Shown here piece after piece: positions 1 through 13,024 of a stretch of DNA of 64,000 nt (position 1 is its first letter; the number at the start of each line of letters is the position of its first letter). The DNA comes from the human T2T-CHM13v2.0 reference genome, Homo sapiens. A program made the translations under genes and the position numbers. Below the pieces are notes generated by a model, which was given only the letters and a program-made list of their open reading frames with translations, was not told the origin of the DNA and searched no databases. The DNA lies in NCBI RefSeq assembly GCF_009914755.1, contig NC_060930.1; one strand, 5' to 3'.

Positions 1-660
1 CTGCCTCTGCTGAGCCATGCAGGTTGTCAGGGAAGTGGGGGAAAGCCAGCAGTCACAGGCCTCACCCAGCTCCCATGCAAACCGAAGGGTCAGTCTCACT
101 CCCACTGTTCCCCGCGACAACAGCCCCAAGTCTGTTTCCAGGCAGAGGGGAAGACAGGCTTGAAATCTCCCGCCTCCCAGCTGTGAGAGAAGAAGGCTTG
201 GTTCTTCCCCTGCTGGTGGAGTCTGCACACCAGATTTGCACACCTTCCCCCAAGTTCTGGCAAGGAGGCTTCTCATCGGGTTCATATTATTACAAAGTTC
301 TGCTAGGGATTTCTTTCTCCCTATGTAGTTTTACCCTCACTTGGCTCTCTAAATTGGCTCAGCTCCAGGTAAGGTCGGAAACTTCTCCCGCAAACAGACC
401 TTCAACTTTTCCAGTGGATATGTGTGTTCGGGAGAGGAAGGTTTCCCTTTCCCACTTCTGCAGTTGGGGCACTCACAGTTTTTGGGGTATCTCCAGGGTC
501 CTGCAGGAGCAGTCCACTTCCTTTAGAGGATCTGTGGGTCGTCTCGGGATTGCTGGTTTGTTCTTGCACTCGATCTGGAGCTAAAATTCACAATGCAAGC
601 TTCTGCAAGCTGCTCTGTCCGGAGCTGCACTCTAGTCCTGCCTCCCATCTGTCATGATGA
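1..660 (-). mobile_element. L1PB-type LINE-1 5' UTR; element continues off the left edge
   Basis: Reverse complement begins ATCATGACAGATGGGAGGCAGGACTAGAGTGCAGCTCC, like the L1PBa-type 5' end. Bases ~24-115 are homologous in inverted orientation to ~5230-5320 of the next L1. Confidence 0.8.
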
Positions 661-2049
661 TCCTAGAATTCCATCTCCTCTCTAAAAAGTACAAAGCACA
701 CACATTTACTCTATGTACCTCTAGTAAGAGCTTTGCTTTGTGTTTGTCTGTCAGTCTTAAAGGTAGCTTCTCATGCTTGAGCAGTCTATGACTAAGTGGT
801 TTATTTGTTTAACCACCTACAATATAACATAATAGATAAAATAAAGTAAATAAAATATAAAATTTAATAAAATTTTCACACAAATGAGAAAAGCGGGAAA
901 TTAATAAACAGTGGTTTTACTCATCAGAGTTTGCAAATTCTTTCTGCATGGAAGGGTAGTGAGCTCCTTGGTCAGCCAATCTGCATCATGGAGGATTTTA
1001 TTTAACAGTTTCATATTCTTAAGTAAATTACTTGACATTTGCTATTGACATTGGGAAGGACCCTTTTTTGGTGGCTGCTGTAGGTTAGGGACCTACTTCC
1101 CATTGGTGAAATTTTGGTGGTGTAGGAAACGCTTAGGAATTGGGTATTTCCAAGCATTTGCCGCCAGTGTTAGGGTTTCTCTGGAAGAAAAAATTTCTTA
1201 CAGCCTTGGGAGGTATGCAGCTAATCTGTATTTAGTTAATGATATAGACTAGTTACTGGAAACTGAGACCATGTTGAGCATAGTCTCAAGAGAAGTGTGA
1301 GTTTGTGATTTCTGTTTCTTAGTATTAGACCTCAATGGCTTACCCATATTTTAACTTTTAGCTTAATGGTTTGTAAGTGGCACCGAATAATTAGTTGGGA
1401 TTGGAAGTGATAACTAATTCTCCTCATATCTCTAGGTAGCAGGACAGGGAATTTTTTTACTGCCTTTTAAATAAGATAATTAAATTGGAGTTACTGTCAT
1501 TTTTACCTACAATATCATAGCTAACACCTTCTTCTGGCGGAAAATACCACTCAAAGTTCTTGGGAAGGTCCTGGAGATCATATCATAGCTTCCCCTAGAT
1601 TCTATTCTTATTTTCAATGTTCTTGTCAGCCTCTCTGAGTTTCCTTTGCACTAACTTTTTCTTGGGGTAAAGATTTTGCCTTTTTTGATTTTCAAAGCTC
1701 ATGGTTATTTGAATCTCAGCTGTCTCAGATTGTTAGATGCAGATATAAATCAAGGTTGTATTTTCTTTTGTCTTTGCTTTTAAACAGGTAAGCTTGAGAG
1801 AACTGGCTAAGATATTCCAGTATCCTGACATTTTTCTACCAAGTTCCTTAAAGTTATAGTCTCAGTAGACACATGAGTCTAAGAGTATGACAGGTAACAG
1901 TTTAACCAGTTTAACTGTCTACTTTTCTACTGTATAGCATGGATGGACTACCCTATAGCTACTGTAAAAAACACTAACTTCCCTGTTGTCCACCTCAACT
2001 TGGCCAATTCAACTTTTTAAGATTTTCCAGTAACAACAACTGTCTTCCA

Positions 2050-2480
2050 TATTAGCCAAGATATTTTTAGGTGAAAGTGACAGCAACCCAATTTTAATTT
2101 AAAGAAAAAGGTATGAATTGGTTCACAAATCTGAAAAGGCCAAGGGTAGCCTGAGGCATGGCCAGATCTGAATTTGTGAGTGCTTTAATGACATCATCAC
2201 AAATCTGTCTCTTACCACTTTTACCTCTGTTTTCCTTTGACTTTTCTTCACTCTTAGGCAACATCTTTTATGAGCTGACAAACTGTGGCTATAAGTGACT
2301 TCAGGCTTTTCATCTTCTAACAGTTTACTACCCCCAATGGAAGAAGCTATCTTTTTTTTTTCAAGTACTGAGCTGACTTTGATTTGCCTAACTTGGGTCA
2401 CATGCCCAATCCTGTGCTAATCATTGGGTGTTGGACTTTAAGTAGACAGGCTTGGGTCACCCTTGAAGATGAGGGATGAG
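2050..2480. mobile_element. Old MaLR (MLT1-type) LTR fragment
   Basis: Degenerate similarity to MLT1J/K/L-like LTRs (GTGACAGCAACCCAA...TTGGGTCACATGCCC); boundaries approximate. Confidence 0.45.
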
Positions 2481-2559
2481 GAAAAGAAATAAAAAAAGAA
2501 GTTCACTTATTATAAAAGGGGTATTGAAGAAGCAAACACAACCAGTGTTCATCACTGTC

Positions 2560-2720
2560 ATGAGGAACACTGGGCCAGGAGTCAGAAGAAATATAGTCTG
2601 ACCACAGTTCCATTACTTTCTAGCCATTTGGCCCTTTCTGAGCCTAGTTTTGTTATCTGTAAAATAAGGACATTAATACTGAACTCAATTATTTCACAAG
2701 ATTTTTGTAATAACAGGTGA
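2560..2720. mobile_element. MIR SINE fragment
   Basis: MIR core-like CTGAGCCTAGTTTTGTTATCTGTAAAATAAGG. Confidence 0.6.
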
Positions 2721-2907
2721 GGTTTTATATATAGCCTCAAAACTCATATGTAGATAACAGATATTGTTAAAATATTTTTGAATGATCTTTATACTAATGC
2801 TTATGTTCCTTTAAAATACATTATTTTTATACTAAAAATATTATAACCAAAAATAATAAAATAATATAGGCCTACTCCCAGAAAATTGTATTACCATTTT
2901 GAAATAA

Positions 2908-2970
2908 TTCCTCCCTTCCTCCCTTCCTCCCTCCCTCCCTTCCTTCCTGCCTTCCTTCCTTCCTTCCTTC
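2908..2970. repeat. (CCTT/CCCT)n polypyrimidine microsatellite
   Basis: Directly visible. Confidence 0.9.
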
Positions 2971-3189
2971 TCTTTATCCCCCTGCACAAACATCTTCTCA
3001 TATAGCAATATAATATTCATAATTCTCAACTTTAATAGCAAAACTTCATCCAGCAGGCATACATAACTTTCCTAACCATTCTTATGTGGTTGGATATTTA
3101 GAATATTTATTATTTTTAACATTATAAATAACACTTCAATGAGTGTACACATAATTGTTTTCATGGACTTTCCCTTAGTAGGAACATTT

Positions 3190-3281
3190 CTTTTTTTAAA
3201 TTGGGGACAAGGTCTCACTTTGTCACCCAGGCTGCAGTGCAATTGCAAGATCCTAGCTCACTGCAGCCTTGAACTCCTGGC
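3190..3281 (-). mobile_element. Truncated Alu/FLAM fragment
   Basis: Poly-T followed by GACAAGGTCTCACTTTGTCACCCAGGCTGCAGTGCA...GAACTCCTGG. Confidence 0.8.
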
Positions 3282-3380
3282 TCGATATACAGTGTCAAAT
3301 GTCTTTCCAAAATAATTGTGGCAATTTACAATGTCCTCAGAAATATATAGAGGTAAAAATTTCAATAGGCTGTCACCAGC

Positions 3381-3822
3381 TGTGGTAGATGCTGCCCTTG
3401 GCCTGCTCATATTTCTCAGACTATACCATTCTAGTCTACTCAGGTGACTTCCAATTGCTGATGCCTGTTATCTCTATGCTTGGAGTTTTTCTGAGATGCA
3501 GAAGGCATTTCTCTCCGAGTGTGTGCTGCAAGTCAGAAATGCTAGGAAATTAACATGCCTTGGGAGCAGTCCTCAAATAGTGGCTGATGAGAGTTGGTGA
3601 AAAGATACCCTTTGAAGTGTGTGCTTTATACTGATCCACAGAATTAAGCTCTATTCACTCACAGTGGTAGCTGGTTTCATAATGCACTCTTGATTGGCTG
3701 TTTTCTGTTCCTTGTTTCTATTCCCCAGTCCTTTGCCATGGTTCCCTGTATTGTGCAGATAAACTATCTATACTTGAAGCTTCATCTCAGAGTCAGCTTC
3801 TGGAGCAACCCAAAATAAAACA
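3381..3822 (+). mobile_element. Solo ERVL LTR (LTR16-like)
   Basis: TG...CA termini with a perfect 5-bp TSD CCAGC (3376-3380, 3823-3827). The 3' end CTCAGAGTCAGCTTCTGGAGCAACCCAAAATAAAACA resembles LTR16. Confidence 0.7.
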
Positions 3823-3879
3823 CCAGCATTAGTTATCTTCACTCAATTTTTAAATTAGCTAATTTAATAGAAAATGAGT

Positions 3880-4290
3880 TATCAATTATTTGTAGCAACA
3901 TAGATAAATCTGAAATACTATTAAATGAAAAAAGCAACCTTCAACGAATTTATAAGTAGAGTAGTATTCATAAAAGAACTCTTATAAAACAACATAGGCA
4001 AAATAATGTATACATGCAAAGCAATGAGATACATGCAAAAATTTTCATAAGTGTAAAGTGATATAAAATATGTAACAAAACACACCAATTGAGCATGCTT
4101 GAAAATAATAAAGCGAAATTCAGAATTACAATAACCTCTAGAGAGAAGGAGGTTACTGTAGTTAGGAATGTCATTGGGAGGGTTATATAAGGAGGCTTCA
4201 AGTGTATTAGTAATGTTTTACTGTTTAAAGTTGCATTACAGTTCTGTATAGCTATATCACTCTATGTCCTTTTTTTGTGTGCCTGAAATA
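3880..4290 (+). mobile_element. Old L1M (L1ME-type) 3' end fragment
   Basis: GCAACATAGATAAATCTGAAA...AAATGAAAAAAGC pattern of L1M 3' UTRs. Confidence 0.5.
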
Positions 4291-4537
4291 TGCTATTATT
4301 AACATTATTAATTAAAATATAGACAGAATTAATTATAAAAGTTGTACATTTTCATACGTCAAAAAACGAATGACTCTTTTTCTTCTTTATGTTTTTGGTA
4401 TTTTCCAAGTCTTTTATCACAAACAACATTGCATTTATAATAAAAAAAAAAGTTTCAAAGGTAATATGATGAAAAGAAGCAAATTTAATTTAAAGTAAAA
4501 AAATTACTGACAATGTTTACTTGTTTAAAAAGATACA

Positions 4538-7500
4538 TTCTGGACAGAATAGTGTGTAGAGATTCACACCATAAATTTTTTTCCAAGAACCAGTGCAGGA
4601 ATTTACCATAAAATCTGAAAGAATCCACAGAGCCTTTGAAATAAGTGACAGGCTGAAGCCTACTCCATGAGACAGGTGAAAAACTGTTAAGTCCCCAGAG
4701 TGTGATAGAGGAGAGTCTGCCTCCAGAGGACATATCCCCACCAGGAAATCTGAAAATCCAGGTCTTGGGAGAAGACCTTAACCTTACCCAGAGCTGGAAC
4801 AAATTGAGGGAGTGGTGTGCAATATAAAAGTAGAAGCAGTAGCAGGAAGTGCCTTGCAAGCAATCCCAGTCTTCAGTGTGAACCCAAGAAAGCCATTACT
4901 GACTATATCTCACAGGGGCCCTCAAAGAAGTCAGCCAGTGAGCTCAGGAAGTGGGTTGCAGGTGAAAGAAGCTCCCCACTGAATTTTGTAATATAATCTT
5001 GAGTAGGAACAAACTCCCTTGACCAGAACCCAGGGTTGGAAGTGGGGAGCACAAATGGGAATTGCACTGCAGACATGAGCACAGGAGCTGGGTGCCCAGC
5101 CTTGTAGAGAGACAGGGATAGGTGTGGCCAGAAAGTGGAGGTTGCTATCTCTGTGGAAAGCTTATGGCCTCGGGCAGGTCTGAGTTCTGTGTGCAGACTG
5201 CCTGGATCTTAACCCAGTGCTGTTAGTGGAGCACTGTGGGAGTGAGATTGGCCTCACCAACTGCATGGGAGCTGGGTGAGGCTTACTGCTGCCTGATACT
5301 CTCCACTCCCTTTGCAAACTCTTCTGTGCACCAAAGGCAGTTATACTCCCCTCTGGAACTTTATCCCAGTAGCCTGAAACCCTCTCCTTGACCCTCATAG
5401 GGCCTGTGGCTAGCCCCACCCAAGGAGAGTCAGAGCACAGACCCGCCTAACCCTATCCCCAACTGGCTGTGCCCCTCCACCCACGCTGATAGCTTAACAC
5501 AAAGAACATAAACTTTAAGGAGCTTTATAGCTCCACCTATTGCCTGAGAAACCAGAATACTTCCCCTGGGTAACTTAGGGCAAACTCAAATCCTGCTGCT
5601 ACTACCACAGCTGGTGCTCTTTTAAAGTGCCATCTCTTGGCTGGAGGCCAACCAAAACAGTCCATTACAGCACCTCTAGGTAGAATAATACTGTGTCCAG
5701 AATGGAGAAAACGGCTGCATGACCTCAGCTGTACTCATCACCACTGCGTACAACACCCTGGCTAACCAAAGGTTCTAAGTGGGTCCACGTGACAAGTTCA
5801 CAATAATTATGACCAGCACTTGAGAAAGCCAGCACACTAAGCCTATCAACCAAGGAATCTCACAGAGTCTACGTCACTCCTCTACCACCTTCGTCAGAAA
5901 TGGTGCTGGTATCCACTGCTGGGAGACTTGAAGACAGGTCACATCACTGAATCCCTTGCAGACATTCCTCAGCACCAGTCTGGAGTCTGGTAACTCCACT
6001 CGGTGGCTATACCCAGAAGAGCAATAACAGTTACTGTAGTCTGGCTCTCAGGAATTCCCATTCTTAGGGGAAGGGAGAGAGAACCACATCAAGGGAACAC
6101 CCCGTGGAACAAAAGAATCTGAACAGCAGTTCTTGAGTCCCAGATCTTTCCACTAATGGGAAGTTTCTTACAGCAGAGACACAATTACAGTGCTGCTCTG
6201 AACCTCTATCCCAACAGGGAGGCAACCTCTCTGATCATTAAGGGTCTTGGAGACGGTGTCCTTATTCCCATGAGTACACCACTGCAGACACAGCTGGGGC
6301 TTCTCCCACAGGAATGCAACATGGATGCACCTACAGACAGCTTTCCTAGAACAAGTCAGGGTGATTGCATCCCCACAGGAAGAGCACTTTCCAGGTCAGG
6401 CTTTCATGAGAGGCAGAGTCACAACTCCTCTTTACTTAGAATATCAACATTCTTACAGATGAAAAGAGGAGCCTGTCTAACCTGAATAGCCAGAACACTG
6501 GGATAGAAATGAAGCTGGGAAGTAGATGCCTTCCCTGCTGGCCTGGCAGGGTAGCTGAGGTGCTCCCACCTTTCAACCTGATAAAACCTCTGTACATCTA
6601 ATTGAGGGCTTCCCAGCCACCTTCAACAAGGCTGGGACGTCTGCCCACCATTGGGTATTACATCTACCCACCTGCTTTAGCTACAACCAGTGCCTACCCA
6701 GGGATAACTCCCCTACTAACCTGAAGCCTGGATCATCAAATCAGTAAATAAAACACTGGAGAAAAATTAAGTAAATAAAAAAGCATACACCATGGGAGAA
6801 TGAGATAAGCTTCAAAAATCCTTGCCATTCCAACCCCATATGAGACAGTGAACTTGCCCACACACCATGAACATAACTACTACAACAAGCATCTGGAAAA
6901 GCCAGTGCACAAAGACCCTCTATAACTAAGGAAGTCATACAGAGTCTTTCCTGCTAAAAGCACCAAGAATTAAATTAGCCTGCAATAAACTATAAACGTT
7001 AAAGTCAGATTCCTAAGAGGGAAAAAAAGAAATTAAATAAAAACCACAGTCAAATAAAAATAAATTCAAGAAAATTTTGAAGAAAAGTCTATCCAAATGA
7101 AAAGGAACCAGAAAAGTAATTCTGGTAATATGACAAAAGAGAGTTCTGTAACACCCCCAAAAGATCAAACTAACTCCCCAAAAATTGCTTCAAACCAAGA
7201 TGAAATCTTTGAAATACCAGACAAGTCAGAAGGTTGATTATTAAGCTACTCTAGGAAATAACCAGAGAAAGGTGAAAACCAACATAAAAAATGTTTTAAA
7301 ATTCAGGATATGAATGAAAAAATTTTCAGAGAGATGGATATCATAAAAAAAAACAATCAGAACTTCTGGAAATAAAAGACATACTTAGAGAAATACAAAA
7401 TTTAGTGAAAATTTCAATATTAGACAAGAACACGTAGAATAAATAATTTCAGAGCTTGAAGACAAGGCTTTTGAATTAACCCAATCAGACAAAGATAAAG

Positions 7501-10500
7501 AAAAAAGAAGCAAAAGAAATGAACCAAGTTTCCAAGAAATATGGGATTATGTAAAATGGCCAAACCTAAGAATAATTGATGTTCCTGAGGGGGAAGAGAA
7601 GTCTAAGAGTTTGGAGAACTTATTTTAAGGAATAATTGAGGAAAACTTCCCTTGCCTTGCTAGATATACAGATATCAAAATACAAGAAGCTTAGATTCCT
7701 GGGAAATTCCATTGCAAAAAGATTATCACCAAAGCACGTAGTCATTAAGCTATCTAAAGCCAACATGAAGAAAAGGATTTTGGTAGCTGTGAGACAAAAG
7801 CATCAGGTAACCTATAAAAGAAAAACTATCAGACTAACAGCAGATTTCTCAGCAGAAACCTTACAAGCCAGAAGGGATTGGGGTCCTATCTTTACCCTCC
7901 TTAAATTGTCAGCCAAGAATTTTGCATTCTGCAAAACTAAGCTTCATAAATGGAGAGATAAAGTATTTTTCAACAAATGCTGAGGAAATTTTCCACTACC
8001 AAACCAGCACTACAATAAATGCTAAATGGAGTTCCATATCTTGAAACAAAACCTTGATCTATATCAAAATGGAACCTCCTTAAAGCATAAATCTCACAGG
8101 GCCTATAAAACATTAACATAATGAAGAAAAACAAAGTATCTAGGTAAAAACTAATATGATGAATAGAACAGTACTTCACATCTTAATATTCAGGTTGAAT
8201 GTAAATAGCCTAAATGCTTCACTTGAAAAGGTACAGAATAGCAGAATGGATTAAAAAACCGCTAACCAAATGTCTACTGTCTTCAAGAGGCCCATCTAAC
8301 ACAAAAGGACTCACATAAACTCATGGTTAAGGGGTGGAAGAAGGTATTCCACGCAAATGGAAACTGACACATAAACTCATGGTAAAGGGGTGGAAGAAGG
8401 TATTCCACTCAAATGGAAACTGAAAGCAAGCAGGAGTCACTATTCTTACATTAGACAAACCAGACTTTGAAACAATACAATAAAAAAAGACAAAGAAGGA
8501 CATTATATAATAACAAAATGATTAGTTCAACAAGAAGATATTACAATCCTAAATTTATATGCACCTAACACAGGAGCTCCAAGATTTATAAAACAATTAC
8601 TGCTAGATCTAAAAGCAACTCACCCTCCAAACTATACAAATACATGGAAATTAAATAATCTGCATTTGAATAATTTTGGGGTTAATAATGAAATTAAGAT
8701 GGAAATTGAAAATTATTGGAAATGAATGATAAAGTGACACAACTTATCAAAACCTCCGGGATACAGCAAAAGTAGTACCAAAAGGAAAGCTAATAGTATT
8801 AAATGCCTACATCAAAAAGTCTGAAACAGCAAAAATAGACAACCTAATGTCACACCTCAAGGAAATAGAGAAACAATAACAAAGCAAATCCAAATGTAGC
8901 AGAAGGAAAAAAAAAACAAAGATCAGAGCAGAACTAAATGAAATTGAAACAAAAAAAAAAAACGATAAATGAAACAAAAAGCTGGTTCTTTGAAAAGATA
9001 AACAAAATTGATAAACTATTAGTGAGATTAACCAAGAAAAGAAGAGAGAACATTCAAATAAGCTGAATTAGAAATGAAACTGGCAATATTACAACAGATA
9101 CTACAGAAATAAAAAAATAACATTCAAGGCTAGTATGAACACCTTTATACACACAAACTAGAAAATCTAGAGGAAATGGATAACTTCCTGGAAACATGTA
9201 ATTCTCCTAGATCAAATCAGGAAGAACTAGAAACCCTGAACAGACCAGTAACAAGCAGCAAGATTAAATCAGTAATGAAAAAATTGCCAACACAGAAAAT
9301 TTCAGGACCAGATGGATTCATAGCTGAATTCAAAGAATATTCAAAGAAGAGTTGGCATCAATTCTACTGAAACTATTCGAAAAGATAAAGAGGGAATCCT
9401 CCCTAAGTTATTCTGAAGCCAGTATAACACTAATACCAAAACCAGGAAAGGACACAAGAGAAAAAGAAAACTGCAAACCAATATCTCTGATAAAAACAGA
9501 TGCAAAATCCTCAACAAAATACTAGCTAACTGAATCCAAAAGCACATCCAAAAGATAATACATCATGATTGGCTGGGCGCAGTGGCTCATGCCTGTGATC
9601 TTATCACTTAAACCCAGAAGGTTAAAACCAGCCTGGACAACATGGCAAGACCCCATCTCTACAAAAAATACAAAAATTCGCTGGTAGTACACACATGTTC
9701 TCCCAGGTACTCGCGAGGCTGAGGTGGAAGGATCGCTTGAGCCCATGAAGCAGAGGTTGCAGTAAGCTGAGATTGTGCCACTGTCCTCCAGCCGAGGCAA
9801 CAGAGTTAGACTCTGTCTCAAAAAAAAAAAAAAAGAAAAAGAAAAAAAAAAGAAGAAAAAAGAGATAATACATCACGATCAAGTGGGTTTTATCTCAGGG
9901 ATGCAGGGATGATTCAACATATGCAAGTCAATATATGTGATACATCACATAAACAGGATTAAAAACAAAAATAATTATCTCAATAGATGCAGAAAAAGCA
10001 TTTGACAAAATGCAGCATCCCTTTGTGATAAAACCCTCAGCAAAAATAGGCATAGAAAGGATTTACCTCAAAGTAATAAAAGTAACATATGACAAATCAA
10101 CAGCCAACATCATACTGAATGGGAAAAAGTTGAAAGGATTCCCCCTGAGAACTGGAACAAGACAAGGATGCACACTTTCACCACTTCTGTGCAACATAGT
10201 ACTGGAAGTTTTAGCCAGAGCTATCAGACAAAAGAAATAAATAAAGGGCATCCAAACTGGAAAAGAAGAAGTCAAACTATCTCTGTTCACCCATGATATG
10301 ATCATATACCTAGAAAACCCCAAAGACCCATCCAAAAAGCTCCTGCATTTGATAAACTCAGTAAAGTCTCAGGTTACAAAATTAATGTACACAAATCAGT
10401 AGCACTGCTATACACCAACAACAATTAGGCTGAGAATCAAATCAAGAACTCAATCCCTTTTGCAACAGCTGCAAAAATAAAAATAAGAACACAAAAATCT

Positions 10501-12215
10501 AGGAATATCCTTAACCAAGTAGGTGAAAGATCACCTACACTGCTGAAGGAAATCATAGATGACACAAACAAATGGAAACACATCTCCTGCTCATGGATGG
10601 GAAGAATCAGTGTTGTGAAAATATCCAAATTCACAAATAAATCTACAGATTCAATGCAATTCCCATCAAAATATCCATCATCGTTCCCCACAGAACTAGA
10701 AAAAACAATCCTAGAATTAATATGGAATCACAAAAGAGCCTATAGCCAAAGCAATACTAAGCAAAAAGAACAAATCTAGAAGCATCACATTACCCAACTT
10801 TAAATTATACTACAGGGCTATAATTAGCAAAACAACATGGCACTGGTATAAAAATAGGCATATAGACCAATGGAACTGCATAGAGAACCCAGAAGTAAAG
10901 CCAAATACTTACAGCTAACTAATCTTCGACAAAGCATACAAAAACATAAACTGTATATTCAATAAATGGTGATGGGAAAACTAGCAAGCCACATGTGGAA
11001 GAATGAAACTAGATCCTCATCTCTCACCTTCTACAAAAATCAACTCAAGATCAATCAAAGACTTAAATCTAAGACCTAAAATCATAACAATTCTGGAAGA
11101 TAACATCAGAAAACTCTTCTGGACTTTGGCTTAGGCAAAGAATTCATTATTAATATCCCAAAAACAAATGCAACCAAGTGAAAAATAAATAAGTGTGACC
11201 TACTTAAACTAAAAAGCTTCTGCACAGCAAAAGAAATAATCAGTAGAGTAACAGACAACCCACAGAGTAGGAGAAAATATTTGCAAACTATGCATCTGAC
11301 AAAGAACTAGTATCCAGAATCTACAAGGAACTCAAACAAATCAGCAATAATAATAATAATAAAACCTGTCAAAAAGTGGGCAAAGGACATGAGTAAACAT
11401 TTTTCAAACGAAGATACACAAACAGCCAACAAACGTATGAAAAAATGCTCACCATTGCTAATCATCAGGGAAATGTAAATTAAAACCACAGTAAGATATT
11501 AGCTTACTCTTGCAAGAATGGCCGTTTAAGTAAAAAGTCAAAAAACAATAGATGTTGGCATGGATGTGGTGAAAAGGAAGCACTTTTATATTGCTGGTGG
11601 GAATGTAAATTAGTACAACCACGATGGAAAACAGTATGGAGATTCCTTAAATAACTAAAAGTAGAACTATCTTGCAGCAATATGTGGTAGATCCAGCAGT
11701 TCCACTACTGGGTATCTACTCAAAGGAAAGTAAGTCATTATATGAAAAAAAAAACATGCACACTCATGTTTAAAGCAGCACAATTTGCAATTGCAGAGAT
11801 ATTAAACCAACCTAAGCGCCCATTGACCAACGAGTGGATAAAGAAAATGTGATATATATACCCCATGGAATACTACTCAGCCATAAAAAAGGAATGAAAT
11901 AATGACTTTTGCAGCAGCTTGGATAGAGTGAGAGGCCATTATTCTAAGTGAAGTAATGCTGGAATGGGAAACCAAATATTGTATGCTCTTACTTATAAGT
12001 GGGAGCTAAGCTACAACGATGCAAAGGCATAACAGTACTATAATGGACTTTGTGGACTCAGAGGGAATAGTTGTGGGGGTAAAAGGCTATATATTGGGTA
12101 CAATGTGTACTGCTTGGGTGACAAGTGCACTAAAATCTCAGAATTTACCATTAAAGAACTTATCCGTGTAAGCAAAAACCACCTGTACCCCCAAAACTAC
12201 TGAAATTTTAAAAAA
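4538..12215 (+). mobile_element. Near full-length decayed L1PB (PB2/PB3-like) LINE-1
   Basis: Long 5' UTR; ORF1 remnants (RQKHQVTYK...IRLTADFSAETLQARRDWGPIF); ORF2 remnants ([17 protein letters not shown]); RT motif decayed to FTHD at 10286-10297; L1PB-type 3' UTR ending CCACCTGTACCCCCAAAACTACTGAAAT. Many stops and frameshifts. Confidence 0.93.
9571..9860 (+). mobile_element. Alu (J-like, left-arm deletion) nested in L1 ORF2
   Basis: GGCTGGGCGCAGTGGCTC start, A-rich tail, TSD AGATAATACATCA(T/C)GAT on both sides. Confidence 0.92.
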
Positions 12216-12217
12216 GA

Positions 12218-12510
12218 AACTACTGATACAACAACATGAATGAATCTCAAAAGCATTACTGTAAGTGCAAGAAGCCAGACACACAACAGTACACACTACA
12301 CAATGTCATTTATATGAAACTCTAGGAAAGACAAATCTAATCAATAATGATACAAGACCAGTTATTGCCTGGAACCAGGGACAGCAGTGAGGGAAGAAGT
12401 AAAAGAAACATTTTGAGATTATGGAAATGTCGTATAACTTGATGGTGATGATGATTACATGGTTCTTTTAATTTGTCAAAATACATTAAGCCTTACACTT
12501 AAAATATATA
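12218..12510 (+). mobile_element. Old L1M 3' end fragment
   Basis: ACAACATGAATGAATCTCAAAAGCATT...AAGAAGCCAGACAC...ATTTATATGAAACTCTAG. Confidence 0.7.
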
Positions 12511-12779
12511 TTTTGGCTGGGCGTGGTGGCTCAAGCCTGTAATCCCAGAACTTTGGGAGGCCGAGGCAGGCGGATCACGAGGTCAGGAGATCAAGACCAT
12601 CCTGGCTAACATGGTGATGATGATTACATGGTTCTTTTAATTTGTCAAAATACATTAAGCCTTACACTTAAAATATATATTTTGGCTGGGCGCGGTGGCT
12701 TACGCCTGTAATCCCAGAACTTTGGGAGGCCAAGGCAGGCGGATCACGAGGTCAGGAGATCAAGACCATCCTGGCTAAC
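12442..12779. repeat. 169-bp tandem duplication (L1M flank plus Alu left arm)
   Basis: Copies at 12442-12610 and 12611-12779 with four substitutions; ATGGTGA at 12442, 12611 and 12780. Confidence 0.95.
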
Positions 12780-12971
12780 ATGGTGAAACCCCGTTTCTAC
12801 TAAAAATTCAAAAAATTAGCCGGGCGTGGTGGCAGGCGCCTGTAGTCCCAGCTAATCGGGAGGCTGAGGCAGGAGAATGGCGTGAACCCGGGAGGAGGTG
12901 CTTGCAGTGAAGCCCAGATGGCGCCACTACACTCCAGCCTGGGCGACAGAGCGAGACTCCATCTCAAAAAA

Positions 12972-12990
<19 letters not shown>
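12684..12990 (+). mobile_element. AluY
   Basis: GGATCACGAGGTCAGGAGATC, GGCTAAC and GAATGGCGTGAACCCGGGAG diagnostics; poly-A followed by (AT)n. Confidence 0.93.

Positions 12991-13024
<34 letters not shown>

Noticed and set aside
24-584. 186-aa ORF
   Set aside because: Antisense to an L1PB 5' UTR, starts at a non-ATG codon, and has no recognisable domain.
7636-10779. L1 ORF1/ORF2 peptides as functional CDS
   Set aside because: Fragmented by stops, frameshifts, a deletion and an Alu insertion; the RT catalytic motif is lost.
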